Part shown: positions 36,570 to 47,049 of the stretch, piece by piece
Position numbering within the stretch: the first letter of the stretch is position 1
Layout: each line of letters starts with the position of its first letter
The notes under the pieces: generated by a model
The model's input: the letters and a program-made list of their open reading frames with translations, nothing else
Databases searched by the model: none
Told to the model about the DNA's origin: nothing
Made by a program: the position numbers and the translations under genes
Origin: an uncultured Solirubrobacterales bacterium
GTDB lineage: Bacteria > Actinomycetota > Thermoleophilia > Solirubrobacterales > Solirubrobacteraceae
Assembly (NCBI GenBank): GCA_963809705.1
Contig: CAWEKF010000003.1
Coordinates: 35,147 to 99,146 of the forward strand
DNA: 64,000 nucleotides
Reading direction: 5' to 3'

Positions 36570-39098
36570 ATGTTCCTGCTGACCGTGCTGCTCTACCCGC
36601 TCGTGCTTGCCCTGCTGTGTGGGGGCGCGGGCCTGCTCGTGGACCGGGTCAGCGGGGGAGTGGCGCCCGCGATGCTGCTGCTCACAACCGGCGCGGCGGC
36701 GTTGATCGCGATCTCTCAGTTGACGACGTACGTGGCGCCGCTCGCGCCGACCACACCGTATGTGCTCGTGGCGGTGGCGGTGGCCGGCGCGATCGCGGGA
36801 TGGGATCGGGCGAGGACGCTCGCGCGCGCGTGGCGCTCGTCGCTGTGGCAGATCGGCGTAGGGCCGCTCGCCTACGCGCTTGCGCTCGCGCCGGTTCTGC
36901 TGGCGGGCAGGCCGAGCTTCTCCTCCTACCTGGCTTTGGCCGACTCGGCGGTGCACATGGTGGGCGCCGATTTCCTGATCCGCCACGGCCAGGACTTCTC
37001 GCATCTGGATCTGGCCAACTCCTATGGCGCGACGATCCACAACTACTACGGCGAGAGCTACCCCTCGGGCGTGGACACCCTGTTTGGCGGCTCCTCTTTC
37101 TTGGCGGGTCTGCCCCTGATCTGGACGTTCCAGCCGTTCACCGCTTTCATGCTCGCCACCGCCACGGGTCCAGCCTGGGTGCTGGTGCGGCGAGCGGGCT
37201 TGGGCGCTGCGACCGCAGGGGCGCGCGCGTGGACCGCGGTGGCAACCCTGACCGTGACCTTGCCGGCGCTCGTGTACGCCTATGAGCTGATCGGCTCGAT
37301 CAAGGAGATCGTCGCGCTGGCCTTGATCTTGAGTATGGGCGCCTGGGTGGTCGAACACCGGCGCTGGCTGTGGAGCGGGGCGCGTGGCGCGATTCCCTTC
37401 GCCCTGACCGTGGCCGCCGGGGTGGGTGCGCTGGGGGTCGCTTTCGGCGCCTGGGCGCTCGCCTCCGCGGTGGCTCTGGGCGCGATGGCGGTGCTCGAGC
37501 TGGGCAGTGCCCGGGGGAGGCGCGCGCCCTTCTTGCGGCGCCTGGGCGCCCTGCTGGCAGGCGGCGCGCTCGTGCTGCTGCTCGGCGCCTGGCCGACTTG
37601 GGCCAACGTGTCGGGCTCGGTCACCGTCGCGCAGGGGATCGCCTCGACCTCGAACCCGGGCAACCTCCACTCGCCGCTTCATCCCACCCAGCTCTTGGGG
37701 GTATGGCTGGGCGGCAGCTACAAGCTGCTGCCGACCGGACTTGGATTGACGCTCACCTCGGTGATCGTGGCGCTCGTCTTGCTGTTGGCGTTGATGGGTT
37801 TGGGGATTGTTGTTCGTACTGGTCGCTACGACCTGGCTGTCTGGTCTGTTGCGATGCTGATCGTGTGGCTGATAGTGCGAGCGTCCGCGACCACATGGGC
37901 CGACGCGAAGGCCCTGATGCTCACCTCTCCCGCGGTCGTGGTGATGGCCTGGGCGGGCATCGCCGCTTTGCTTGCGAGCGGAGTCAGAGGCTTGCGGGCG
38001 CTCGCCCCGGTGCTTGCGTTTGCGCTGCTCGGCGGGGTGGTCGCCTCCGACGCGCTCCAGTACAACGCCTCCAATCTGGCTCCCACGGCGCGCTTTGACG
38101 AGCTGGCCTCGATCGACTCTCGCTTTGGCGGGCGCGGCTCGACCCTGTTCACCGATTTCGACGAATACTCGCTCTACCTGTTGCGCGACATGGACGTGGG
38201 GGGTCCCAACTTCGTCTATCCGCCGCCCTCGCTTGCGGGAGCCGCCGCTGGGCACGGTCGCCCGGTGCAGCTGAATCGGATAGCGCCCGCCAAGCTGCTG
38301 GCCTACCCCTTGATCGTGACGCGTCGCGACCCCACGGCGGTGCGCCCGCCGGCCGCCTATCGCCTGCTGTGGCAGGGCGCTTACTACCAGGTGTGGGGCC
38401 GGCTGCCGGGGGCGCGCCCGGCGCTTGCGCACATCGCCGTGGCGCCACCGCCCGTCTCCGTCCTGACGACTCGGCCTGTCCTCTCGCGGGCGTCGGGCGC
38501 CGCGAGCCGGCCGGCTCTCGCGCGTGCGCGCTGCGTGAGAGCGCTCGCGGGGGCATTGGGCTCACCTACGGTAAGGCGCCACGAAAACAGCATGCGCCTC
38601 GTGGCCGCGCTCGCGCCGCAGCTCATCACGGTGCCGATCCCGCGCTCTCGCCTGCGCCGTCCCGCCGGCTGGACACGCGCGGGCCAGCGCATCCTTATGA
38701 CCCGGTCGGGCAGCCTGCGGCTCGCGTTCGGGTTGCCGCGTGGCGGCCTGTGGCAGGTTTGGCTGCAGGGCGATGTCATGCGCCCCGTGCACGTCGCCGT
38801 CGATGGGCGCCCGCTTGGATCGTTGGGTGGCCAGCTGGGCGGCAACACCCTGGTCGCCAACACCCTTTCGCCGCTGACGGTGAGGCTAGCGGGCGGGGCG
38901 CACACGTTCACGATCGTGCGTCCCGGCGCGAGCCTCGCTCCGGGCGACGGCGGCGCGGCGGTGCTGGCCGGGGTCTTCCTCACGCCCGCCAGTCTGGCCG
39001 GACAGCCCGCGCTCGTGACGGCGCCAGTGGCTCGCTGGCGCTCGTTGTGCCGCCGCCCCGCGCAGTGGGTGGAGCTTCTCGTCGGCGCCCGGCCCTAG
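36570..39098 (+). CDS. Large polytopic membrane protein, possibly GT-C-like
   Basis: Many TM segments, D..H in the first loop, C-terminal soluble domain. Confidence 0.7.
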   Translation: MFLLTVLLYPLVLALLCGGAGLLVDRVSGGVAPAMLLLTTGAAALIAISQLTTYVAPLAPTTPYVLVAVAVAGAIAGWDRARTLARAWRSSLWQIGVGPLAYALALAPVLLAGRPSFSSYLALADSAVHMVGADFLIRHGQDFSHLDLANSYGATIHNYYGESYPSGVDTLFGGSSFLAGLPLIWTFQPFTAFMLATATGPAWVLVRRAGLGAATAGARAWTAVATLTVTLPALVYAYELIGSIKEIVALALILSMGAWVVEHRRWLWSGARGAIPFALTVAAGVGALGVAFGAWALASAVALGAMAVLELGSARGRRAPFLRRLGALLAGGALVLLLGAWPTWANVSGSVTVAQGIASTSNPGNLHSPLHPTQLLGVWLGGSYKLLPTGLGLTLTSVIVALVLLLALMGLGIVVRTGRYDLAVWSVAMLIVWLIVRASATTWADAKALMLTSPAVVVMAWAGIAALLASGVRGLRALAPVLAFALLGGVVASDALQYNASNLAPTARFDELASIDSRFGGRGSTLFTDFDEYSLYLLRDMDVGGPNFVYPPPSLAGAAAGHGRPVQLNRIAPAKLLAYPLIVTRRDPTAVRPPAAYRLLWQGAYYQVWGRLPGARPALAHIAVAPPPVSVLTTRPVLSRASGAASRPALARARCVRALAGALGSPTVRRHENSMRLVAALAPQLITVPIPRSRLRRPAGWTRAGQRILMTRSGSLRLAFGLPRGGLWQVWLQGDVMRPVHVAVDGRPLGSLGGQLGGNTLVANTLSPLTVRLAGGAHTFTIVRPGASLAPGDGGAAVLAGVFLTPASLAGQPALVTAPVARWRSLCRRPAQWVELLVGARP

Positions 39099-39105
39099 CC
39101 TTCGC

Positions 39106-39981
39106 TTGAGTGTGAGCGAGCCACGACGCCCATCCACCGATGAGATCCTGCTCGGCGATTGCCTTGACGTTCTGCCGCGCTTCGCCGACGGTTCGTTCCA
39201 GTTGATCTATATCGACCCGCCCTTCAACACCGGTCGCGAGCAGACGCGCAAGTCGATGCGCACCGTTGCCGACGAGGATGGCGACAGGACCGGATTTCAA
39301 GGACGCCGCTACGCCACCAGGCTGCTTGGCGAAAGCTCATACAGCGACTCCTTCGAGGATTATCTCGCCTTTCTCGCCCCCCGCTTGGAGCATGCGCGGC
39401 GGCTGCTTGCGCGCGAAGGCACGCTCTATTTCCATATCGACTATCGCGAGGCCCACTACTGCAAGCTCCTACTCGATGAGATCTTCGGGCGCGAGTGCTT
39501 TCTCAACGAGCTGATCTGGGCGTACGACTATGGCGCGCGCTCGCGCCGGCGCTGGCCCTCAAAGCACGACACGATCCTCGTCTATGTGCGCGATCCTGGC
39601 GACTACTACTTCGACTCCAGCGAGGTGGACCGCGAGCCGTACATGTCGCCCGGCCTGGTCGGTCCCGAGAAGGCGGCGCGCGGCAAGCTGCCCACCGACG
39701 TGTGGTGGCACACGATCGTGCCGACCTCGGGCGCCGAGAAGACCGGCTATCCGACCCAGAAGCCCGAGGGGATCGTGAGGCGCATGGTAGGCGCCTCCAC
39801 GCGTCCCGGTGACTGGTGCCTTGACTTCTTTGCCGGCTCGGGCACTCTGGGCGCGGTCGCCGCCAAGCTGGGGCGTCGCTTCGTGTTGATCGATTCCAAC
39901 CCCGAGGCGGTCGAGGTCATGCGCGCGCGCTTGCCCTCCGGTGGCCGGCCGCCGAAGGCGGCGGGCGCGATGGCGAGGTAG
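39106..39981 (+). CDS. Orphan beta-class N6-adenine/N4-cytosine DNA methyltransferase
   Basis: Motif IV IDPPF precedes motif I DFFAGSG; YPTQKP; no adjacent endonuclease. Confidence 0.92.
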   Translation: MSVSEPRRPSTDEILLGDCLDVLPRFADGSFQLIYIDPPFNTGREQTRKSMRTVADEDGDRTGFQGRRYATRLLGESSYSDSFEDYLAFLAPRLEHARRLLAREGTLYFHIDYREAHYCKLLLDEIFGRECFLNELIWAYDYGARSRRRWPSKHDTILVYVRDPGDYYFDSSEVDREPYMSPGLVGPEKAARGKLPTDVWWHTIVPTSGAEKTGYPTQKPEGIVRRMVGASTRPGDWCLDFFAGSGTLGAVAAKLGRRFVLIDSNPEAVEVMRARLPSGGRPPKAAGAMAR

Positions 39982-39991
39982 GGTCTAGGCG

Positions 39992-41197
39992 GTGCCCGGC
40001 CGTGTCCTGATCCTCACCTGGGAGTATCCCCCTGTGATCGAGGGGGGGCTCGCTCGTCACGTGCGCAAGCTCGCTGAGGAGTTGGTCGCTCAGGGCGCCG
40101 TCGTGGACGTGCTCACGCGCGGGCGCGAGGAGGAGTCCCGGTCCAGCGAACTCCAGAACGGCGTGAGCGTCCATCGTGTGTGCGAGCCCCGCTTCCCGCA
40201 GGACCTAGACCGCTTCCTGGGGTGGGTCGAGCAGATGAACCAGGACATGCTCGCCGCCGGGCTCGCGCTCGCCGAAGAGCACGCCTACGAGCTGGTGCAC
40301 GGCCATGACTGGCTCGTCGCCCACGCCTCCGCTGCCCTGTCGGACCTTCTGGGGATCCCGTATATCACCACGATCCACGCGACCGAGCACGGTCGCCACC
40401 AGGGTTGGGTGGACAAACCGCCGCAGTCCGATATCCACGCGATCGAGCGCTGGATGGCCAACCGGGCCGACTCGGTGATCACCTGCTCGCACTACATGCG
40501 CGGTCATGCGGCCGACATCTATGACATCGACGAGCGGCGCATAACCGTGATCCCCAACGGCATCGACCCGGCCGATCTGCGCCCGGTCGACGACCTGAAC
40601 GCGCTGCGCCTGCAGTTCGCCCAGCGCGAGGAGAAGCTGGTCCTGCTGGTCGGGCGCTTGGTCTACGAGAAGGGCTTTCAGCTGGCGTTCGACGCGCTGC
40701 CAGGGGTGATCGAGAAGGTCCCCGGTGTGCGCTTCCTCGTGGCCGGCTCAGGCACGCACGAGGCCGAGCTCAGGGCCCAGGCCGAGCGCTTGGGGCTCAG
40801 CGAGCGGGGCGTCTTTTTGGGTTGGATCGGGGATGATGCTCTGCACTCGCTGTACCGGATCGCCGACCTTTGCGTGGTGCCCTCTTTGTATGAGCCGTTC
40901 GGCCTGGTCGCTCTGGAGGCGATGGCCTCGGGCTGTCCTTGCATCGTGGCCGACACGGGCGGTCTGCGCGAGGTGGTGCCGGCAGGCGAGCGTGTCGGGT
41001 TGCGCTTCAACGGCGGCGACGCCGAGCATCTGGGCGTGATGATCGAACGGCTGTTGGTGGATGAGGAGCTGCGCGACCGGCTCGTAACCGAGGCATCCGA
41101 GCACGTGCTGTCCTTCGACTGGACCGATGTCGCTCAGCGCACCACTACCGTCTATGAAGACCTGATGCCACGGGTAGAGACGACCAGGAGGGAGTGA
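39992..41197 (+). CDS. Glycosyltransferase family 4
   Basis: WEYPP..GGLARHV, HGHDW, YEPFGLVALEAMA. Confidence 0.93.
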   Translation: MPGRVLILTWEYPPVIEGGLARHVRKLAEELVAQGAVVDVLTRGREEESRSSELQNGVSVHRVCEPRFPQDLDRFLGWVEQMNQDMLAAGLALAEEHAYELVHGHDWLVAHASAALSDLLGIPYITTIHATEHGRHQGWVDKPPQSDIHAIERWMANRADSVITCSHYMRGHAADIYDIDERRITVIPNGIDPADLRPVDDLNALRLQFAQREEKLVLLVGRLVYEKGFQLAFDALPGVIEKVPGVRFLVAGSGTHEAELRAQAERLGLSERGVFLGWIGDDALHSLYRIADLCVVPSLYEPFGLVALEAMASGCPCIVADTGGLREVVPAGERVGLRFNGGDAEHLGVMIERLLVDEELRDRLVTEASEHVLSFDWTDVAQRTTTVYEDLMPRVETTRRE

Positions 41198-41198
41198 G

Positions 41199-42845
41199 AT
41201 GCTCGAAGGGTTGATGCAAGACGACTTCCCGCTCACGCTTCAGCATCCGCTACACCGGATGCGCTCGGTTCATCCGGGCGCCGAGGTCGTCACGCTGACC
41301 GATGACGGCCTGGTGCGCGCCAGCTATGGCGAGGTCGCCGAGCGCGTCGACCGCCTCGCGCGCGTGCTCGAGCGCTTGGGCGTCAAACAGGGAGACCGGG
41401 TGGGCACTTTCGCCTGGAACAACCAGCGCCACCTCGAGCTCTACATGGCCGTGCCCTGCATCGGCGCTGTTCTGCACACGCTCAACATCCGACTGTTCGC
41501 CGAGCAGTTGACCTATATCGTCAACCACGCCGAGGACGGTGTCATCTTCGTCGACGACTCGCTCCTACCGATCTTCCAAGAGCTGGCGCCAACATTCAGG
41601 GGCGTGCGCCACTACGTGATGATGGGGGATGGGGAGGAAGATCCCACCCGCCCCTCGCTGCCCAATGCCCTGCGCTACGAGGAGCTGCTCGAAGAAGCGG
41701 GCCCCGGTGCCTATGACTACCCGACTCTCGACGAGCGCCAGGCCGCGGCGCTCTGCTACACGAGCGGCACGACCGGCAACCCCAAGGGCGTGCTCTACTC
41801 GCACCGCTCGATCTCGCTGCATTCGACGGCCTCTTTGATGAAGGACGCTTTGGGCCTCTCCCAGCGCGATCGCGCGCTCTTGGTCGTGCCGATGTTCCAC
41901 GTCAACGCCTGGGGCATTCCCCACGCCGCCGCGCTCGCCGGCGCCGACCTGGTGATGCCCGACCATTTTCTCCAAGCCGAGCCCTTGGCCAAGCTGATCG
42001 AGGCCGAGCGACCGACGATCATGGGTTGTGTGCCGACGATATTCGCGGATTTGCTGCGCTACGCCGACACGCACGACGTCGATATCTCCTCCCTCCAGAA
42101 CGCTGCCTGTGGCGGCTCAGCGGTTCCACGTCAGCTGATGCGCGACTTCGAGGAGCGCCACTCGGTGAACGTGTTCCAGGCGTGGGGGATGACAGAGACG
42201 AGCCCGGTCGCCTCCTATTCGCGCCCGGACGAGTCGGCCGGCCACGACGAGCCCCATTGGGACATGCGCGCCAAGCAGGGCAAGCCGCTGCCTTGGGTGC
42301 AGGCGAGGCTGGTCGGCGAGGACGGCCAGGAGGTTGCCTGGGACGGGCAGTCCACCGGCGAGCTGGAGGTGCGCGGGCCGTGGATCGCCGCCTCTTACTT
42401 CGAGGATCCCTCCGGCGCCGAGCGCTTCCACGATGGTTGGCTGCGCACCGGCGACATCGCCTCGATCGACGAGCAGGCCTTCATCCAGATCACCGATCGC
42501 TCCAAGGACGTGATCAAGTCTGGCGGCGAGTGGATCTCCTCGGTCGAGCTTGAGAACGAGGTGATGTCCCACCCTGACGTGATCGAGGCGGCGGTGATCG
42601 CCAAGCCCGACGAGCGCTGGGCCGAGCGGCCGCTGTGCTGCGTGGTCGTGCGCGAGGGCGCCTCGCTCTCGGCCGAGCAGCTCACCGAGCACCTGCGGGG
42701 CCGCGTGGCCAAGTGGTGGCTGCCCGACGAGTTCGCCTTCGTCGCGGAGGTGCCAAAGACGAGCGTCGGCAAGTTCGACAAGAAGGTCCTGCGCGCCCAT
42801 CTGCGACAGGGCACCCTGCAGGGACGCGTCAAGGTGGGCGCTTGA
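41199..42845 (+). CDS. Long/medium-chain fatty acid-CoA ligase
   Basis: YTSGTTGNPKG, WGMTE, LRTGD, KSGGEWISS, PKTSVGK. Confidence 0.95.
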   Translation: MLEGLMQDDFPLTLQHPLHRMRSVHPGAEVVTLTDDGLVRASYGEVAERVDRLARVLERLGVKQGDRVGTFAWNNQRHLELYMAVPCIGAVLHTLNIRLFAEQLTYIVNHAEDGVIFVDDSLLPIFQELAPTFRGVRHYVMMGDGEEDPTRPSLPNALRYEELLEEAGPGAYDYPTLDERQAAALCYTSGTTGNPKGVLYSHRSISLHSTASLMKDALGLSQRDRALLVVPMFHVNAWGIPHAAALAGADLVMPDHFLQAEPLAKLIEAERPTIMGCVPTIFADLLRYADTHDVDISSLQNAACGGSAVPRQLMRDFEERHSVNVFQAWGMTETSPVASYSRPDESAGHDEPHWDMRAKQGKPLPWVQARLVGEDGQEVAWDGQSTGELEVRGPWIAASYFEDPSGAERFHDGWLRTGDIASIDEQAFIQITDRSKDVIKSGGEWISSVELENEVMSHPDVIEAAVIAKPDERWAERPLCCVVVREGASLSAEQLTEHLRGRVAKWWLPDEFAFVAEVPKTSVGKFDKKVLRAHLRQGTLQGRVKVGA

Positions 42846-43041
42846 AAGCGGCAGATCTGGCGTTTGCGATCACGGGATTTGCGGAACACCATGCAGGAGA
42901 ATCCATTACTGAGCAAAAAGGGGTTCTCGGGTAGACTGACGCGATCGCAGCAGCGCCAAGCGATTGGCAAGGCTCTCAAAGGAAATGAGGGGCTCTTCGA
43001 AGAGGAGCCCAAGCGAACCACCGGACGCGGGAGATAGCAAC

Positions 43042-43491
43042 ATGCGAAACGACTTCACGGCCTGCGATGGGCCAAGCACGGCAAAGGTAGCGGCGACCGA
43101 CAGCGGCCGCTTGCGCCGGCGCCGGACGATGCGCCGCGGGCTGCTCGCTCTCCCGCTTGCGCTTGTTCTGATCGCGGGCGGGGCCACGACGGCTCTTGCC
43201 GCCGAACCGACGAGCGGCTACAGCCAGACTTCGCCCGCTCCGAAAACGACGCCTTCGCCCAAAGGCGAAGCCGCCCCGACGAACACGTCGAGCACTCCGA
43301 GCAAAGAAACCACCACCCCCACGCCGACCTCGAGCATCGAACCGACGGCTACCACGGCCACGAAAGCCACGACCCTGCCTTTCACCGGCCTTGACCTGCG
43401 CTGGGTGATCCTCGCCGGCGTGCTCCTGGTCGGGATGGGCATGTCGATCGTGCTGGTCCAGCGCGGTCGCGGTGGCAGCGCCAACCGTTAG
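43042..43491 (+). CDS. Small Thr/Pro-rich surface protein with LPxTG-type sorting signal
   Basis: Signal peptide, LPFTG followed by a TM helix and a basic tail; start could be 43129. Confidence 0.75.
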   Translation: MRNDFTACDGPSTAKVAATDSGRLRRRRTMRRGLLALPLALVLIAGGATTALAAEPTSGYSQTSPAPKTTPSPKGEAAPTNTSSTPSKETTTPTPTSSIEPTATTATKATTLPFTGLDLRWVILAGVLLVGMGMSIVLVQRGRGGSANR

Positions 43492-44615
43492 CTGACAATC
43501 ACGAGATCGCCGATCGCGAGTAGCGGGTAGACCTGACCCGCTGTTCCGATCGGCAGCTCGACGCAGCCGTTGGACTGCGGCGTGCCGTAGGACGCGCGCG
43601 GGAAGCCGTGGACGGCGTCGCCGCCGTTGAAGTAATTGACCCAAGGCACGCCCGGATCGCTGTATTTACTGCCGTCGGGGTTGGTGCCGGTCATCGTCGT
43701 CGAGGTGTAGCGGGCGTAGATCGGGAACGTGCCCTGTTCGGTCGTGGCTCCCGAGACGCCCGTGTTCGCGGGCGTGGTGATGACCACCCGATTGCCGCGG
43801 TGGACCTCGAGCGTCTCGGGGATCGACTCGCTTACGGTCACGAACGTGTACGGCTGCGGGTCGCCGTGGCCGAGCGTCTCGGCGGCCAGCAGCGAGGCCC
43901 ACGTCGAGCGTTCGGGCGAACCGCTGGGGGACAGGCCGTGGTCCTCCTGGAAGACGATCAGCGCGCCGCGCGTGGTCGGGTCCATGGCTCCGTAGCGCAG
44001 GCCCGGAGCGTGGGGCACGTTCGGCGAGAGCCTGGCCGCCGGCGGGTTGAAGGCGTAGCGAGCCGCCAGCGCGCGCGACTCGGCTTTGTCGCCGCTGTTG
44101 CGCCCGTGCGAGGCGTCGATCGTGTAGGGCAGGTAATTCAGGCGGGCGAGCGTCTGCTGTAGGGCTTGGAGCCCCGGGCAGGCCACGTTCAGCCTGTATT
44201 GGCGGCGCCGGCCACCCAAGGGCAGATCGCCGGTGGCGGTCGTCCCGGCCCACACCGTCAGGGTGTAGCTGGAGCACGGCTCGAGCGTGGACTTCGGTTG
44301 GAAGGACACGTAGTTGCCCACCGTGCTCCACTTGCCGGCCGCGGCCGGTGTCAGCATCGGAACCGGCGAGCCCGGCGCGGGTGCTCCGGACAGCCTGACC
44401 CGCAGAGGAGCGGCGCCGTCGGCGATCGTCGAGTGGGGCAGGGACGTTATGCGGGTGTGCGCGGTCGGCTTGGGAGGCGCAGGCGTCGTCGATACAGGCG
44501 TCGTCGCGGGTACGGGCGTCGTGGCTGGCGGCGTCGTCGGCGTGCCCGCGAGCGCCGTGGCCGATGAGGTCGTGGCAAGCGCGCAGGCCAGTGCAATGAG
44601 GATTCTTGTGTTCAC
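43488..44615 (-). CDS. L,D-transpeptidase with peptidoglycan-binding domain
   Basis: AVHG...SNGCVEL catalytic motif; FQEDHGL. Confidence 0.9.
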   Translation of the reverse strand: MNTRILIALACALATTSSATALAGTPTTPPATTPVPATTPVSTTPAPPKPTAHTRITSLPHSTIADGAAPLRVRLSGAPAPGSPVPMLTPAAAGKWSTVGNYVSFQPKSTLEPCSSYTLTVWAGTTATGDLPLGGRRRQYRLNVACPGLQALQQTLARLNYLPYTIDASHGRNSGDKAESRALAARYAFNPPAARLSPNVPHAPGLRYGAMDPTTRGALIVFQEDHGLSPSGSPERSTWASLLAAETLGHGDPQPYTFVTVSESIPETLEVHRGNRVVITTPANTGVSGATTEQGTFPIYARYTSTTMTGTNPDGSKYSDPGVPWVNYFNGGDAVHGFPRASYGTPQSNGCVELPIGTAGQVYPLLAIGDLVIVS

Positions 44616-44693
44616 GCCCGTGAAGGGTAGCCAGTCCAGCGGAGGGCTCGACGCCGGTCGTCATCCCGATCCACCAGTCGGTACTATTCTGGG

Positions 44694-46445
44694 ATGGCCG
44701 CATCGCCCGGTGGCGTCCCCGAACATTTCGACGCGATCGTCGTCGGCTCGGGCTTCGGCGGCTCGGTGACCGCCGCGCGTCTGGCACAAGCGGATTGGAA
44801 AGTGTGTGTATTGGAGCGCGGCAAGGACTATCCGCCGCAGAGCTTCCCCCGCAGTCCGCTCGAGGTCAAGCGGAACTTCTGGAAGCCGAGCGAGGGCTTG
44901 CACGGCATGTTCGACGTGTGGTCCTTCGACGGGATCGACGCCGTCTGCGCCAGCGGCCTCGGTGGCGGGTCGTTGATCTATGCCAACGTTTTCATCCGCA
45001 AGGACGAGCACTGGTTCGTAAAAGAAGACCTCGCCCACGGCGGCTATGAGGACTGGCCGGTGACCCGCGCCGAGTTGGATCCTCACTACGAGCGGGTCGA
45101 ATTACGCATCGGAGTGCAGGAGTTTCCGCTCGCTCAGAAACCGTATGACAGAACACCGAAGGTGCTCGCCTACCGCGACGCGGCTGAGCGCCTCAAACAG
45201 CGCGGCTCAGAGGCCGAATGGTTATTGGCGCCGCTGGCCGTCACGTTCGCCAACGAGGGCTCACCGGCGGTGCCGGGCGAGCCGATCCGCGAACCGGGCA
45301 ACCTGCACGGACGCACGCGCACAACCTGTCAGCTGTGCGGGGAGTGCGACATCGGCTGTAACTACGGCGCCAAGAACACGCTCGACTACAACTACCTGAC
45401 AGACGCCTGGAGGGCGCGGGCCGACCTGCGCACGCGCTGTGAGGTGCGCAGCTTCGAGCCCGCCGACGGTGGCGGCTACCTCGTTCGCTACGTCCGTCGC
45501 GAGCCGCACGACGAAGGCCGTCCGGTGAAGACCTCCGAGCTGCCTTTGCACACGCTCAGCTGCAAGCACCTGATCCTCTCGGCCGGCACACTGGGCACAA
45601 CCCGGTTGATGCTGCGCAACAGCCAGGTGTTGCCGGGGCTCTCAAAGAGCCAGCTCGGCCTTGGCTTTTCGGGCAACGGCGACCTGCTCACCTTCGCGTT
45701 TCGCTGCTCCCAGCAAACGGCCGACGGCAAAAAAGAGCCGCTGGTGATCGATGCGCCACGCGGGCCGGCGATCACGAGCGCGATCCGGATGCCAGACGCG
45801 CGCGACAGCGGTGGCGGAGTGTCCCCCGAGGAAGGTCGGGGCTTCTACCTGGAGGACGCCGGCTACCCGCAGGCAGTCAGTTGGGTGCTGGAGGCGCTGG
45901 AAGAGCCCAAGAACCTGATCGAGCAGATCCCTCGATTCGTGAGCGAGCTGTTTCGGCATCCGCGCCACCGCCACAGCGAGATCGGCGCGGTCATCTCGAG
46001 CCTGTTCGGCGACTGTGACCTGTCTTCGACCGTGCTGCCGCTATTGGGCATGGGTCGCGATGTGCCCAGCGGCAGGATGAGCTTGGGCGGCAAGCGCCTG
46101 GAGCTCGAATTCTCCAAGGACGGGCCTTCGCGCGACTTCTTCGACCGGGTGCGCGCCTTCTCGCGCGAAATGGCACACGAGCTGGGCGGCAAGTTTCGCG
46201 ACAATCCGATGTGGTACGAGGATCGCGTGATCACCGTCCATTCGCTCGGCGGCTGTCGCATGGGCCGCTCGCCGCACGAGGGTGTCGTCGATGCCCACGG
46301 CCGCGTGTTCAACCAGCCGGGGCTGCACATCGCCGACGGCTCGGTCATGCCGGGGCCGGTCGGGCCGAATCCGTCCCTGACGATCGCCGCGCTGGCCGAC
46401 CGCTTCGCCGACGCGATCCTGGACGGGCGGGACGAGCCCGCCTGA
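44694..46445 (+). CDS. GMC oxidoreductase, cholesterol oxidase-like
   Basis: GSGFGG, GLGGGSLIYAN, CQLCGECDIGC, TVHSLGGC, GPNPSLTIAALA. Confidence 0.93.
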   Translation: MAASPGGVPEHFDAIVVGSGFGGSVTAARLAQADWKVCVLERGKDYPPQSFPRSPLEVKRNFWKPSEGLHGMFDVWSFDGIDAVCASGLGGGSLIYANVFIRKDEHWFVKEDLAHGGYEDWPVTRAELDPHYERVELRIGVQEFPLAQKPYDRTPKVLAYRDAAERLKQRGSEAEWLLAPLAVTFANEGSPAVPGEPIREPGNLHGRTRTTCQLCGECDIGCNYGAKNTLDYNYLTDAWRARADLRTRCEVRSFEPADGGGYLVRYVRREPHDEGRPVKTSELPLHTLSCKHLILSAGTLGTTRLMLRNSQVLPGLSKSQLGLGFSGNGDLLTFAFRCSQQTADGKKEPLVIDAPRGPAITSAIRMPDARDSGGGVSPEEGRGFYLEDAGYPQAVSWVLEALEEPKNLIEQIPRFVSELFRHPRHRHSEIGAVISSLFGDCDLSSTVLPLLGMGRDVPSGRMSLGGKRLELEFSKDGPSRDFFDRVRAFSREMAHELGGKFRDNPMWYEDRVITVHSLGGCRMGRSPHEGVVDAHGRVFNQPGLHIADGSVMPGPVGPNPSLTIAALADRFADAILDGRDEPA

Positions 46446-46446
46446 G

Positions 46447-47049
46447 ATGGTCTCGCTTGCTTTCACCGAGGAGATGAAGGGCTATGTGAGCCTCGGCGAG
46501 TCCGACTTCGATCGTGGCTATCGCGCCGGCAAGGACGTCGGCGCCGCGTTCATGTTTCACCTCACGATCGCGACCGAGGACATCGACCGCTTCATCGCCG
46601 ATGCGCAGCACACCGCGAGCGCCGAGGGCTGGATCGAATCGGCGCTCTTCGGCGGCAAGCGGTCGGTCGAAGAGGGAGTGTTCAACCTGTTCGTCGAGGA
46701 GAGCCCCGGATACAAGCGAATGCTCTATCGCCTCCTGTTCGCCGACGGCGAAGGAAACCCGCGGACGATGACCGGCTTCAAGGAAGTGCGCCACGAGCAC
46801 GGCCTCGACGTGTGGTCGGAGACCACGACGCTCTTCACCCGTGTGCTGGAAGGGCACGTGGCGCCCGAGCAGGACGCGGGAGCGTCGGTGCTGGCGAGCG
46901 GCATCCTGCACATCCATCCGCTGGATTTCGCGCGCCAGCTGACGACGTTCCGCGTCGACCCGGCGCACCGGGTCGACGCGATCGGACGCTTCGGGGCGCT
47001 GTTCGCCGGCGAGTTGTGGAGCGTGTACGGCCCGGAGGGCAAAGGGTGA
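46447..47049 (+). CDS. Hypothetical protein resembling the middle domain of multidomain cholesterol oxidases
   Basis: LAFTEEMKGY, WSETTTL, DFARQL. Confidence 0.75.
   Translation: MVSLAFTEEMKGYVSLGESDFDRGYRAGKDVGAAFMFHLTIATEDIDRFIADAQHTASAEGWIESALFGGKRSVEEGVFNLFVEESPGYKRMLYRLLFADGEGNPRTMTGFKEVRHEHGLDVWSETTTLFTRVLEGHVAPEQDAGASVLASGILHIHPLDFARQLTTFRVDPAHRVDAIGRFGALFAGELWSVYGPEGKG

Noticed and set aside
42931-43040. Hairpins in the leader of the LPFTG protein as a riboswitch
   Set aside because: No recognisable riboswitch consensus; only short stems.
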